From Syntrophales bacterium (lineage in GTDB: Bacteria; Desulfobacterota; Syntrophia; Syntrophales; UBA2210), in NCBI GenBank assembly GCA_963666365.2, contig CAXXNF010000002.1, positions 2,176,001 through 2,240,000 of the forward strand: DNA of 64,000 nucleotides. Reading direction: 5' to 3'. Both the position numbers and the translations under genes were made by a program. Below the pieces are notes generated by a model. The model was not told where the DNA came from and searched no databases. It saw only the letters and a program-made list of their open reading frames with translations. How positions within the stretch are numbered: the first letter of the stretch is position 1; each line of letters starts with the position of its first letter. Below are positions 48,742-59,348 of the stretch, one piece after another.

Positions 48742-49139
48742 TTTTTAAAAAGGGGAACAAAAGCGCAGACTCTGCGTTTTTTTATTTCCCTGTGCATGTA
48801 TAATGATTTTCCGTTGATTCCAAGGGCGAACTGTCGTATAGTTACATGCACAATAGCCACACCATTAAAGATAGTTAAGAATCTCAATCTGTTATTCGGG
48901 GAAATACATGCATCCTTCCATTAACATGACGTGTCGTCGATTTGAACACCTCAGGTCAGCCAGCGCACGTTACCCCAATACCTGGCGCATGCCCTCATAT
49001 TCGATGGGCACCTATTTTTTCCCATTGACAACATATTCATACGTATTATGTTTTTTAAAATTACTTGTTATTTTTAATAGGTATCATGGCAGCTGTGAAG
49101 AAAGCTCCGCTTAGCCTCACTATTCTCAGGAGGTGTCAC

Positions 49140-51929
49140 TTGAAACAGCCCGGACATAATCCTTCAAGACATTTTTTCAAGACGCTCCAAACATCTCCGA
49201 AGGCGCTGAGCCGATGCTCGTTTTTGGTCTTCGGTCTGCTATTCTTTTTGGTCTATGTAGGTCAGGCCCATGCCGTCGAGAGCGCAGGAAACGTTACCTT
49301 CACCACGAATCAGGCCCTGGGGCAAAACGGCGATTATCCCTTTGCCGGCATTTACATATTCGACAACCTGACAATTGGGGATAATGTCGAAATCACGAGT
49401 ACGGGAATCTCTCAGCTTGTTATTAAGGTGAATGGCAGACTCACCTTTGGCAGAAATGCTGTTATTCGTGTGCGGAACGGATACTATCCTGAGGCACCGG
49501 TAAATCTGATCACTAATTTAAACGTCACCAGTTTGACAACAAAAGGCGTTTTGACACCTGAAGGTGCGAGGGTCTATGTCAACATGTTTGGTAAAGGTGG
49601 AAATGGAGGAGATAATATAGACGCACCTAACTGTGGTGGTGGTGGGGGAGGGTTCGGTGGAGGAATTGGCGGTTTATATCAAGGTTTAACGCGCGCCCAA
49701 TCGATTGGGGCTGGCGAAGATAATGGCGGGGGTGGCGGTTATTTATATCATAATTACGGCGGAACTGGAGGTGGCTCCATCGATCTTGCGGGACCGGCAG
49801 GATATAAATCCACGCCTGACAGTAAATACTACGGAGGTGGTGGTGGAAATGGCGGAGATTCTGCTAAACATATTGAGCAAGATGGTCGTATTTCTTATTT
49901 AGCTTGTGGCGGCGGTGGTTACGGGGGTGGCGTTCTCACCATTATTGCAAATACAATACTAATTGTGGATTCTTCGGCCCCTCCCAAAATTCTTGTTTCC
50001 GGTCAAAAAGCCGGCGTGGAGGCTAAGGCTCTTCCACATGTCCTGACTCCTGCTGAGAACGGTCAAGGTGGACTTTTAATCATTCAGAACGCTGGATGGA
50101 ATTATCCTGACGGTCGATCTGTGAAACAAGCATGGCAGCATCTTTGGAACCTCAATGCCGATACCTATGGAGAGCATATTTGGCCATCAACAAATGGTGG
50201 GCATGGGATTGTAACCGGTAACCCCCAGAAGGTGTTCGTCAATGGGATGGAAATTCCCTATGTCGAGGTTACTGGTATTCTTTTGGATAAAACGGAACTC
50301 AATTTGACTGCGGGAGGTGACCCGGGAACACTTATCCATACCTTAAGTCCACTTGATGCCACAGTGCAAGAAGTAATATGGTCCATCGATAAACCTGAGG
50401 TGGCAAGCATTACTGAAGTAGATGGGTTAGCCTACAAGATTATAGAACCCCTTTCAGATGGCACTGCCACTGTAACAGTTACATCTATTGATGGCACCTA
50501 TTCGGCAAAGGCGATGGTGTATGTCGGCACCGTGGCCAAACCGACTTTCAGTATTGCCGAAGGAACATACGACAGCGTTCAAACTGTGAACATCACGTCA
50601 TCCACAGCAGATGCTTCAATCCGTTACACCATTGACGGGAGCGACCCTTCACCGACTGTGGGTACTGAGCTTACAAATGGCTCTGGCGTGATCATCGCAA
50701 GCACGCAAACCCTCAAGGCAATCGCTTACAACTCTGAATTGTTAGACTCGGATATTGCATCTGCAAGCTACACCATCAATGGGTCATTAATAGTCAACAT
50801 CGGCCCCTCAGGTCTTGTTCCCACGGCCAGATGGCGTGTTGATGGTGGTGCCTGGCAAACGACAGGTTCCGTTGTTGTCGGTTTGTCTGCAGGAAACCAT
50901 GTCGTGGATTACCTGGATATTGAAGGCGGCTGGTACAAACCTGCTATCAAAACGATTTTGATCGCAAGTGGTGAGTTGTTGACCATCGCCGGAAAATACA
51001 GCATGACCCCCCCCACAAGTTCACTGACGGTATCGATAGCCCCTCCAGAAGTTGTGACGGCAGGGGCCAAGTGGCGAGTGAGTGGCGAGGGTTGGAATGA
51101 TAGCGGCATCACACTTGAGGGATTGAGCATTGGGACAAAAGTAGTAGAATTCAGTGATGTCCATGGTTGGACAAAACCTAACAATCAAGAGGTCATTATT
51201 CTTCAAGATGAACTGACAGCAGCTACAGGTGCATATACTGCGATTACGTATACGCAGGTGCAGCTAGATCAGGCGGTAAGTGAAGCGGTCCTCGACGCGA
51301 ACGCCGCCAAGGATCAAATTATTGCACAAAAGGATCAAAGTATAGCGACGTTGACTGCTACGATTACCGATAAAAATCAGACGATCACAAACCTTAATGA
51401 CACGATAACCGTCAAAAATCAAATTATAGCCTCCATGTTTACCCAAGCACAACTGGATACTGCCGTGGCCAATGCTGTTGCACCAAAGGACCAGCTCATA
51501 GCACAAAAAGATCAGGAGATAGCAACGTTAAATCAAGAGATTACAACCATGTTTACCCAAGCACAACTGGATACTGCCGTGGCCAATGCTGTTGCACCAA
51601 AGGACCAGCTCATAGCACAAAAAGATCAGGAGATAGCAACGTTAAATCAAGAGATTACAACCATGTTTACCCAAGCACAACTGGATACTGCCGTGGCCAA
51701 TGCTGTTGCACCAAAGGACCAGCTCATAGCACAAAAAGATCAGGAGATAGCAACGTTAAATCAAGAGATTACAACCATGTTTACCCAAGCACAACTGGAT
51801 ACTGCCGTGGCCAATGCTGTCTTGGAAGCAGTGGCATTGGAACGTCTAAAATGGGATGTTGGGGATGATCAGAGAATCGGCCTGGAGGAGGCAATCCGCG
51901 CTTTACAGGTCCTGTCGGGGGAGCGGTAG
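49140..51929 (+). CDS. large secreted protein: Gly-rich head, Ig-like, chitobiase/FN3-like and PEGA-like domains, coiled-coil repeats, dockerin-like tail
   Basis: TTG start after AGGAGG; signal ending AHA; GGGGG tracts; VTGILLDKTEL (Big_2); IRYTIDGSDP; MFTQAQLDTAV repeats; WDVGDDQRIGLEEAIRALQVLSGER. Confidence 0.85.
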   Translation: MKQPGHNPSRHFFKTLQTSPKALSRCSFLVFGLLFFLVYVGQAHAVESAGNVTFTTNQALGQNGDYPFAGIYIFDNLTIGDNVEITSTGISQLVIKVNGRLTFGRNAVIRVRNGYYPEAPVNLITNLNVTSLTTKGVLTPEGARVYVNMFGKGGNGGDNIDAPNCGGGGGGFGGGIGGLYQGLTRAQSIGAGEDNGGGGGYLYHNYGGTGGGSIDLAGPAGYKSTPDSKYYGGGGGNGGDSAKHIEQDGRISYLACGGGGYGGGVLTIIANTILIVDSSAPPKILVSGQKAGVEAKALPHVLTPAENGQGGLLIIQNAGWNYPDGRSVKQAWQHLWNLNADTYGEHIWPSTNGGHGIVTGNPQKVFVNGMEIPYVEVTGILLDKTELNLTAGGDPGTLIHTLSPLDATVQEVIWSIDKPEVASITEVDGLAYKIIEPLSDGTATVTVTSIDGTYSAKAMVYVGTVAKPTFSIAEGTYDSVQTVNITSSTADASIRYTIDGSDPSPTVGTELTNGSGVIIASTQTLKAIAYNSELLDSDIASASYTINGSLIVNIGPSGLVPTARWRVDGGAWQTTGSVVVGLSAGNHVVDYLDIEGGWYKPAIKTILIASGELLTIAGKYSMTPPTSSLTVSIAPPEVVTAGAKWRVSGEGWNDSGITLEGLSIGTKVVEFSDVHGWTKPNNQEVIILQDELTAATGAYTAITYTQVQLDQAVSEAVLDANAAKDQIIAQKDQSIATLTATITDKNQTITNLNDTITVKNQIIASMFTQAQLDTAVANAVAPKDQLIAQKDQEIATLNQEITTMFTQAQLDTAVANAVAPKDQLIAQKDQEIATLNQEITTMFTQAQLDTAVANAVAPKDQLIAQKDQEIATLNQEITTMFTQAQLDTAVANAVLEAVALERLKWDVGDDQRIGLEEAIRALQVLSGER
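51433..51820 (+). repeat. perfect 114-bp coding tandem repeat (about 3.4 copies)
   Basis: Units start at 51433, 51547, 51661, 51775; each encodes 38 aa. Confidence 0.95.
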
Positions 51930-52230
51930 CCTGAGGCGGCATTCGCCATTCGGTGCGGTACCCATCCATTGGCGACATCGCATTGAATCAGTGTTCTCAT
52001 TCCGATTTGATGCGTTCCGTTGCCATTGGGTTATGCGCAGAACATTATAACAAGTGATTAATCCGTAATAATTAACCCAATGATCTGGTGGGAGTTACCA
52101 TTGGTAGGTTTTTGTCAATGTTTCAGGCGATTGTACGCTCTTGAAATTTAAAATTCTGCATTTTATTAAAAACTTCCTGCTATCACTGCTGCCCCAGGGT
52201 TAATTTAAAGTAGGGCCATAAGAGGAAAAT

Positions 52231-52797
52231 ATGTCAGTCGACTTCTATTTCAATCCACATACTCATTCTATTCCATCAAGAGCTGGATTAAAGGCTCAGT
52301 GGAAGAAAATTCCCAATGCAGATGTTCTAGAAGCTATTGCAACAGAAGCTCAGTATCTTAATTTCCATCTCTTTATACTGAAGAGCGCAAAACATACTAG
52401 AGCTGATTGTCTCACATCAAAGCCGTATGAATATAAGCTAGGATTGTCTGTTCGAGCTGGCGCGATAAAGGCGGCATTGCTTCTCTGTGCTTCAATTGCT
52501 GAAGCAGCACTGCGAGCACATGCTGAGAAGAGGGGATACAAGCTAGCGAAGGATCCAAAGAAACGTATGTTTGGCAATGTGCTGAACGCTTGGAAATCAC
52601 AAGGAAGACCACGCCCGGATGTTGCTTCGATATGGGATGAACTAATTCGACTAAAGGATGTGAGAAATAACGTTCATCTTTTTAAGGCTGCCTTCGACCC
52701 AGACTCAAATTTTAGGCATGTCCTGAAAGAGGAAAGGGCATTGATTTCTGAGTTAACAACGGTGTTAAATCATCTGAAAGGCTTGGAGTCCAGATAG
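52231..52797 (+). CDS. hypothetical protein, HEPN-like
   Basis: LLCASIAEAAL...LKDVRNNVH pattern; GAGG RBS. Confidence 0.55.
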   Translation: MSVDFYFNPHTHSIPSRAGLKAQWKKIPNADVLEAIATEAQYLNFHLFILKSAKHTRADCLTSKPYEYKLGLSVRAGAIKAALLLCASIAEAALRAHAEKRGYKLAKDPKKRMFGNVLNAWKSQGRPRPDVASIWDELIRLKDVRNNVHLFKAAFDPDSNFRHVLKEERALISELTTVLNHLKGLESR

Positions 52798-53256
52798 TAT
52801 CACCTTAAGGGTCTCAGAAGCAATGTATTCGCCTTTACAATACTAAGTAGCTAATCCATTATGCTTTTATTCTTTCTAAAAAAATTATGTTCTATTGCGC
52901 TGAAAAGTTCGAAGTACAAAGGTATCTCGTCTCTGCTTTTTATACTCACTACCCCTCTTGGTTCTTTAAAACCCTCGTAATCAAGTCTGAATATTTGATG
53001 TTTCTTCAGTCCTTTTAAGTCATGAAGAGAAAAATCAACTTGCTGGAGCATTACAGGAATTGACGTTTTTTCCCCAATACGAAAGCCGGCAACTCTTTTT
53101 CAGTAATAAACTTTGATGCCAAAAAAGCCGAGATCGTTACGGAAAGCAATCTGCTATAATTGTTTCAATCTTAATCTTAACGCTTTCAGGAAGCGGTGAT
53201 TTCAATGGTATGTCAAGAAAGCGCAGGTTGTGTGTTTTCAAATTCACAAATTGTAC

Positions 53257-53398
53257 AACAAATAAAGAATTAGTCCCGAGTCGAGGAACGAGAGCTCGAA
53301 ACTAATCCATGGTTGAAGAAGCCGCGCGCTATAAGGGAAAAGGTTCGATAATCCTGGGATGGTTTTGAAGAGTGGATCAGGTCAAGACCCGAGGAAGA
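53257..53398 (-). mobile_element. orphan copy of the oriIS-side end of the IS91/recombinase element
   Basis: About 140 bp closely similar to 2157-2299, also starting AACAA. Confidence 0.85.
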
Positions 53399-53903
53399 CA
53401 TTAAATGGAATCGCACAAACGATATTTACTCAAACATGGTGCTGTCTATTCAATCAATGGAATGGTACTGGGGAGAAGATACCAATTTCTGGCCTGAGTC
53501 ATTCTCTTCCATATTTCTGGGAAAGACATCGGAGATTGCAGCAAGGAAATTGCAAAAGCTTTTGAAGGAAATGGGAAGGGATGATGGTGGTGACGGAGAG
53601 TAGGAAAGAGGATAAAAGAATTTATAATGCATTATGAAATTATGGCAATATCTCTTTCAACAAGACTGGGGTCAATAGAAGCCATTCCCATTTCAGCCAC
53701 ATTATCTTCGGTAATTTAGCATTGAAGGGCAATAGCGCCATTAAGTCACTGTGATAAAATTGTGATAAACTCAACGGAAAAACATGGAACTGGATAGAAA
53801 CAATGGAATTAATAGAAAAGGTCATTAACTATTATTATTAATTGGTTACGGGAAACCAGACGTTATATCAAGGGGTTAAAAATTGCTGTTTTAAGTACTT
53901 TTT

Positions 53904-53972
53904 CGGACTTCAAATCCGGTGTGGGGGGCTAGTACCCTCCCAGGTGGGTTCGATTCCCATGCACTTCCGCCA
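53904..53972 (+). tRNA. selC: 3' fragment of tRNA-Sec (att site, not an intact gene)
   Basis: CGGACTTCAAATCCG (TCA anticodon), long variable arm, GGTTCGATTCC T-loop, CACTTCCGCCA end; 5' acceptor strand and D arm absent. Confidence 0.85.
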
Positions 53973-54000
53973 TTTATTATCCAACGCACTTCAAAGAGTA

Positions 54001-54400
54001 ACCGACCATGGATTCCGGGCGACGGCAGGAATGTTTCTTCATGAAGTCTTGCACGTAAGCCCCTATGTCAATGAATCGCAGCTTGCCCATCGAGTTCCCG
54101 ACACCCTCGGTACCTTTGCATAATTCCCTTTTTTGTCATTCCGGGTTTGACCCGGAATCCAGAGCGTGCGTGAAAAAACTGGATACTTCGCGGACTTGAT
54201 CCGGGACCTGCCGGTATGACGAAATTGATGATTTTATGAGGTTGTGAGAAGGTCTCACCCTCGGTACAACCTACAATCGGACAACCCATCTTGAAGAGCG
54301 CCGGAAGGTGATGCAGACATGGGTGGATTATCTGGATGGATTGAAAGCCGGGGCAACGGTAACACCCTTCGAGGGGAAATTCCAGGGACAGTATACTTAA
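54001..54400 (+). pseudogene. P4-type integrase C-terminal remnant interrupted by a MITE
   Basis: HGFRATA..FLHEVL...ESQLAH..PDTLGT|TYNRTTHLEERRKVMQTWVDYLDGLKAG reads in frame once the insert is removed. Confidence 0.85.
54114..54255. mobile_element. MITE with internal REP/RPE-like palindrome
   Basis: Direct repeat CACCCTCGGTAC at 54102-54113 and 54256-54267; ends ACCTTTGCATAA / TTGTGAGAAGGT; internal GTCATTCCGG...GGAATCCAG..CTGGAT...CCGGTATGAC. Confidence 0.75.
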
Positions 54401-54455
54401 TTCAATATGCACCCTTTGTGAATACCCAATGATGCGAAATTAAGTATACTGTCCC
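54385..54455. repeat. 18-bp perfect inverted repeat mini-element
   Basis: GGGACAGTATACTTAATT-N35-AATTAAGTATACTGTCCC. Confidence 0.8.
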
Positions 54456-54460
54456 CATAA

Positions 54461-55207
<747 letters not shown>

Positions 55208-55293
55208 ATCAACCTGCGGGAATGGTCGGAACAGAACAGGTGTGAACGGACATCGGGGCCATGCGGGGCCTCATCCTCGCACGTGCCCCTTTT

Positions 55294-55545
55294 CTATTTT
55301 TTGGGCAAGTACTTAACCCCGTCTATATTTTTGAAATCTGAACCCAACGTCCAGACAACGGTTTCATGCTCTCTTGCTGTTGCTAAAATAATACTTTCAT
55401 CCATTGGCAGGCTGTACTCCAAACTGAGTTTTGAAGCAGTAACGGCTAATGAGGATGTAAGATCGACGACCTTCCCTTTTTGCATTGCAGCAACAACCCG
55501 CAGGGCTTCGTTCTCGCTCGATTCACGGAGTGCGACCTTGAACAC
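55294..55545 (-). pseudogene. VapC/PIN toxin C-terminal fragment
   Basis: LPMDESIILATAR...VWTLGSDF; no N-terminal D motif, no antitoxin. Confidence 0.7.
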
Positions 55546-55594
55546 TTATCCGGATTAACGGCAAGAATATGCGGTCACCTTGCGATCGTCAACG

Positions 55595-56207
55595 CCTCCA
55601 TGCTTCTCATCAGTTCATTGGCGATATTGCTGCTTTCCAGCCGCATGATACTTTATTTCGAATGACCGAAGCTCAAAAGATTTATACTTCCATACCAGAT
55701 AATTTTCCTGTCCAGGACTGCAAATTTTTGATGGATTTTTGATTGGTACACTATTTTTAATCCGGATGTTTGCAGCAAATGTAATGTCTCTTCCAGGGCG
55801 CGCCTTTCCGTAAAGTCTGATGCCGGCCTCGTTACGATTGTAACTTTGACATTCCGCTTCAACGCCGGGTGCATGATTTGCAGCATTTGCAGTGTTCGCC
55901 TCTTTGTTATGAAGGAACTTACAATTATGATCTCTCGTCCCGCCTTCATCACATCATTTTGATACACGGGAATAAAATTCCGATTGTCGAAGATAATGTC
56001 CGCAGACTCATCTGCAAAGTCTTCGGCTTTTGCCCTGTATCCGATCGATGCATAGCCGGAGAGCCTTCTGTTGTACATTTTCTCCAGCATTCTTAAATGG
56101 ATATCGACATAATCATAAATCCTGACTTCATGCTTTCCTCCGAACAGCCGATGGAGTCTGCCTGCATACTGCTTCAGGGTCCCTTTCCAGGATATGGGCA
56201 TTGCCAA
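55595..56207 (-). pseudogene. SF2 helicase plus PLD-like C-terminal fragment
   Basis: PISWKGTLKQYAGRLHR...IYDYVD; HQKFAVLD..IWYGSINL; in-frame TAA before SIMRLESSNIANELM. Confidence 0.7.
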
Positions 56208-56489
56208 AAACAGCCAATAATAATAGACGATTATGGTGCATATGAAGGGATGCGGTGCTTGCCTGCCACAGGGCCCTGGAGTTCCACGGCAAGGGCTATG
56301 CTGTCTGCGAGCCCTTCAGCTATCTTTCTGCTACGTCTGCGCGGTCCTCATCCACCGGCGCTGATCCGCCGACGCTTGACGCACAGTGTCTACTCCGATA
56401 AAATACGCCACTACCCGTGAGGATGGGACAGGTAAAAGTACAGACAAGGGAGAAGGTTCGTTGAGTATGCAACTTCGGTGCGTGATCCC

Positions 56490-58367
56490 ATGAATCGCGC
56501 ACGATCACTACTTAAAGACGTGTTTGGTTTTGAAACGTTCTGGCCCCTTCAGGAAAAGATAATCGGCCACCTTTTACAGAAAAAGGACGCCCTGGTGGTG
56601 ATGCCCACTGGAGGGGGAAAATCCCTCTGCTATCAGATTCCGGGCATGCTCTTTGATGGCCTGACGATCGTCGTATCCCCGCTCATCTCCCTGATGAAGG
56701 ATCAGGTCGATCAGCTTAAAGAGTGCGGCGTCCCTGCCCTTTTTCTTAACAGCACGTTGAGTCAGGCAGAATATCACGAAAACACGGCAAGGCTTCGTAA
56801 GGGACAGACACAACTGCTCTATCTGGCGCCGGAGGCTCTTCTGGCGCCGCGCACCATGGCCCTTTTGAAAGATCTCGTGGTGGAGTGTCTCGCCGTTGAT
56901 GAGGCACACTGCATCTCCCAGTGGGGACACGATTTTCGACCCGAGTACCGTCAACTTGGCGAGGTGCGTTCCATGTTTCCCGACGCCTGCTGCGTGGCAC
57001 TGACGGCAACAGCGACCGCGCGCGTACGTGAAGATATTTGCCACTGCCTGAGGATCGATGACCAGGATGTGTTTGTCGGCGCTTTCAACCGGCCGAATCT
57101 GTTTCTGGAGGTGGCGCCGAAGGAAAAACCCCTCGATCAGATTCTGAACATCCTGAAATCGTATCCCGGCGAATCAGGCATCATCTATTGCGCCACACGA
57201 CGACAGACGGAAGAGCTTCAGGTCTCGCTTGACCGGCACGGGTATGCGGTCCGACCCTACCATGCAGGACTCACGGAAGAGGAGCGCAGGGAAAACCAGG
57301 AACTCTTCCGTCGCGACGATGTGCACATCATCGTGGCGACCATCGCTTTCGGGATGGGCATACACAAGCCCAATGTCCGCTTCGTTATCCATTACGATTT
57401 GCCCGGAAGCATCGAGAACTACTACCAGGAAATCGGCCGCGCCGGTCGGGACGGACTTAAATCCCACTGTCTGCTGCTTTTCAGTTACGGGGATTTGCAC
57501 AAGATCCAGTACTTCATCGCTCAAAAGACGGAAGAGGAACAGCGGGTAGCCCAGATCCTGCTGAGCCAGCTTCTGGGGTTTGCCGAGACGGACCTCTGCC
57601 GCCGCGTTCCGCTGTTACACTATTTCGGCGAGACGGAAGTGGCTGAACGGTGCGGCATGTGCGACAACTGCCGCGATGGGAACAAAGGGAGCTCTCTGGT
57701 TGATTTGACCATCCCAGCCCAGATGTTTCTTTCCTGCGTGAAACGAACGGGCGAGATCTTCGGTGCGAACCATGTGATCGACGTCCTGAGAGGTTCGACC
57801 GCTCAGAAGGTTCTCAAATTCGGGCACGAGACGCTCTCCACCTACGGCATCGGCAAAGACTATACCGCACGTCAGTGGCGCCGCCTCTCTCGACAGTTGA
57901 TTCAGAAGGGCCTGTTGCTCTACCAGTATGAACATGGATCGCTCAAACTGACCCCGAAGGCCTGGGATATTCTGCGAGGGGAGGAACCTTTTCTCGGTAG
58001 ACTGAGTGATGAGGTGCAGGGCAAGGAACGGAGTGCCGCTCAGCGGGATCAGACAGACGAAATGGAAGTCTTTGATGCGGAATTGTTTGAGGCGCTTCGG
58101 AAGAAACGCAAAGCGCTTGCCGATGAGGCACACCTGCCCCCCTATGTCATCTTCCATGATCGGACCCTGCGGGAGATGGCCCGCTTTCATCCCTGCCGCA
58201 GGGAGGAAATCCTGGCACTCCACGGCGTCGGCCGGAGAAAAATGGAGAAATACGCCGATGCCTTTCTGGAAATTATCCTCCTGCACCGGCAAGCCCACCC
58301 AGACCCTGAACGTGAAAACCCGATCCTTGCAGCAAAGGCGCCTCTCCATCGATCCCGATTCTCATGA
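56490..58367 (+). CDS. recQ: ATP-dependent DNA helicase RecQ
   Basis: PTGGGKSLCYQ, DEAHCISQWGHDFRPEY, QEIGRAGRDG, Zn CRR..CGMCDNC, RQC, HRDC. Confidence 0.96.
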   Translation: MNRARSLLKDVFGFETFWPLQEKIIGHLLQKKDALVVMPTGGGKSLCYQIPGMLFDGLTIVVSPLISLMKDQVDQLKECGVPALFLNSTLSQAEYHENTARLRKGQTQLLYLAPEALLAPRTMALLKDLVVECLAVDEAHCISQWGHDFRPEYRQLGEVRSMFPDACCVALTATATARVREDICHCLRIDDQDVFVGAFNRPNLFLEVAPKEKPLDQILNILKSYPGESGIIYCATRRQTEELQVSLDRHGYAVRPYHAGLTEEERRENQELFRRDDVHIIVATIAFGMGIHKPNVRFVIHYDLPGSIENYYQEIGRAGRDGLKSHCLLLFSYGDLHKIQYFIAQKTEEEQRVAQILLSQLLGFAETDLCRRVPLLHYFGETEVAERCGMCDNCRDGNKGSSLVDLTIPAQMFLSCVKRTGEIFGANHVIDVLRGSTAQKVLKFGHETLSTYGIGKDYTARQWRRLSRQLIQKGLLLYQYEHGSLKLTPKAWDILRGEEPFLGRLSDEVQGKERSAAQRDQTDEMEVFDAELFEALRKKRKALADEAHLPPYVIFHDRTLREMARFHPCRREEILALHGVGRRKMEKYADAFLEIILLHRQAHPDPERENPILAAKAPLHRSRFS

Positions 58368-58402
58368 AGCACGCGGCATGCGCCGCCTCGATTTTTCTGC
58401 AT

Positions 58403-59215
58403 TCAGCCCATATAGTCTTTCAGGGAACGTATGATATGAGAAGAAATCTCCTCAATCGACTGGCTGGTGGTGTTCAATACCGGAATGCCCAGTCGATTGA
58501 AGATCATACCGGCACGGCGCACATCATCCTCGCAACGCCGAAGCGAGGCATAGGTGCTCCCGGCCCAGCGTTCCTTTCGAATCAGATGGAGCCGCTGGGG
58601 ATCGATGGTCAGACCGTAGAGTTTATGGCGGCAGTTCCAGGCTATCTCGGGAACATCGCCTCGTGCAAAGTCCTCTTCGGTAAGAGGGTAGTTTGCCGCG
58701 TTCAGGCCGAAGTGCATGGCAAGATAAAGACAGGTGGGCGTCTTGCCGACCCGTGAGACTCCGATCAGCACCACATCCGCCCGCTGGAAGTTTTCCGGTT
58801 GGCTCCCATCATCGTTGACCATGGCGAAGTTAATGGCCTCGATCCGTTTCGTGTAGGAACGGCGCTTGGTAATCGCGTGGCTTAATCCTGCCTTGCGGTA
58901 CGGCCTAACCCCCAGTTCCGCCGCAAGAGGATCTATGAAACAGTCAAGGAGCTCGACGTAAAAGCAGTTCCCTCCTTGAAGGATGGTGCGTATCTCAGTG
59001 TTCATCATCGTGGCGAAACAGATCGGGCGCGCGCCATCCCGCTCAGCCGCCTCCTGCATTCTCTCGGTCAGGGCAGCCGCACGATCGGCAGTATTGATGA
59101 ACGGCATATAAACCTGTTCGAAATCTATGCTATCGAACTGGGAAATCAGGCTGTTCCCCAAGGCCTCTGCAGTGATGCCTGTGCTCTCAGAAACAAAATA
59201 GACGGTACGTTTCAT
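58403..59215 (-). CDS. ppsR: PEP synthase/PPDK regulatory kinase-pyrophosphorylase (DUF299)
   Basis: FVSESTGITAE, RIEAINFAMVNDDG, GVSRVGKTPTCLYLA, SIEEIS. Confidence 0.9.
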   Translation of the reverse strand: MKRTVYFVSESTGITAEALGNSLISQFDSIDFEQVYMPFINTADRAAALTERMQEAAERDGARPICFATMMNTEIRTILQGGNCFYVELLDCFIDPLAAELGVRPYRKAGLSHAITKRRSYTKRIEAINFAMVNDDGSQPENFQRADVVLIGVSRVGKTPTCLYLAMHFGLNAANYPLTEEDFARGDVPEIAWNCRHKLYGLTIDPQRLHLIRKERWAGSTYASLRRCEDDVRRAGMIFNRLGIPVLNTTSQSIEEISSHIIRSLKDYMG

Positions 59216-59348
59216 AATACAACCCGCGTTGGTACAAGAGTTAACGGTTATTACAGGGGCGTAAAAATCTCCCTCCCCTAAATTCCCTCTCGCCATTTAT
59301 ACACATGACGTTTTGCGGCGCCGCTGTATAATGAGGGACGGCGACAAT

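Noticed and set aside
51433..51820. Second CRISPR array or DGR template repeat
   Set aside because: In-frame coding tandem repeat with no spacers, no adenine-specific variation and no RT
51960..52036. Possible second attC (imperfect hairpin ending GTTATGC)
   Set aside because: No RYYYAAC inverse core at the left end and poor L-box pairing; could be a terminator or a decayed site
52851..53100. Minus-strand 66-aa ORF
   Set aside because: Looks like a decayed fragment with upstream stops; no assignable function
53842..54123. Intact tRNA-Sec gene, or the 93-aa ORF over it
   Set aside because: The 5' acceptor strand and D arm are missing; the ORF is a chance fusion of att DNA with the integrase relic
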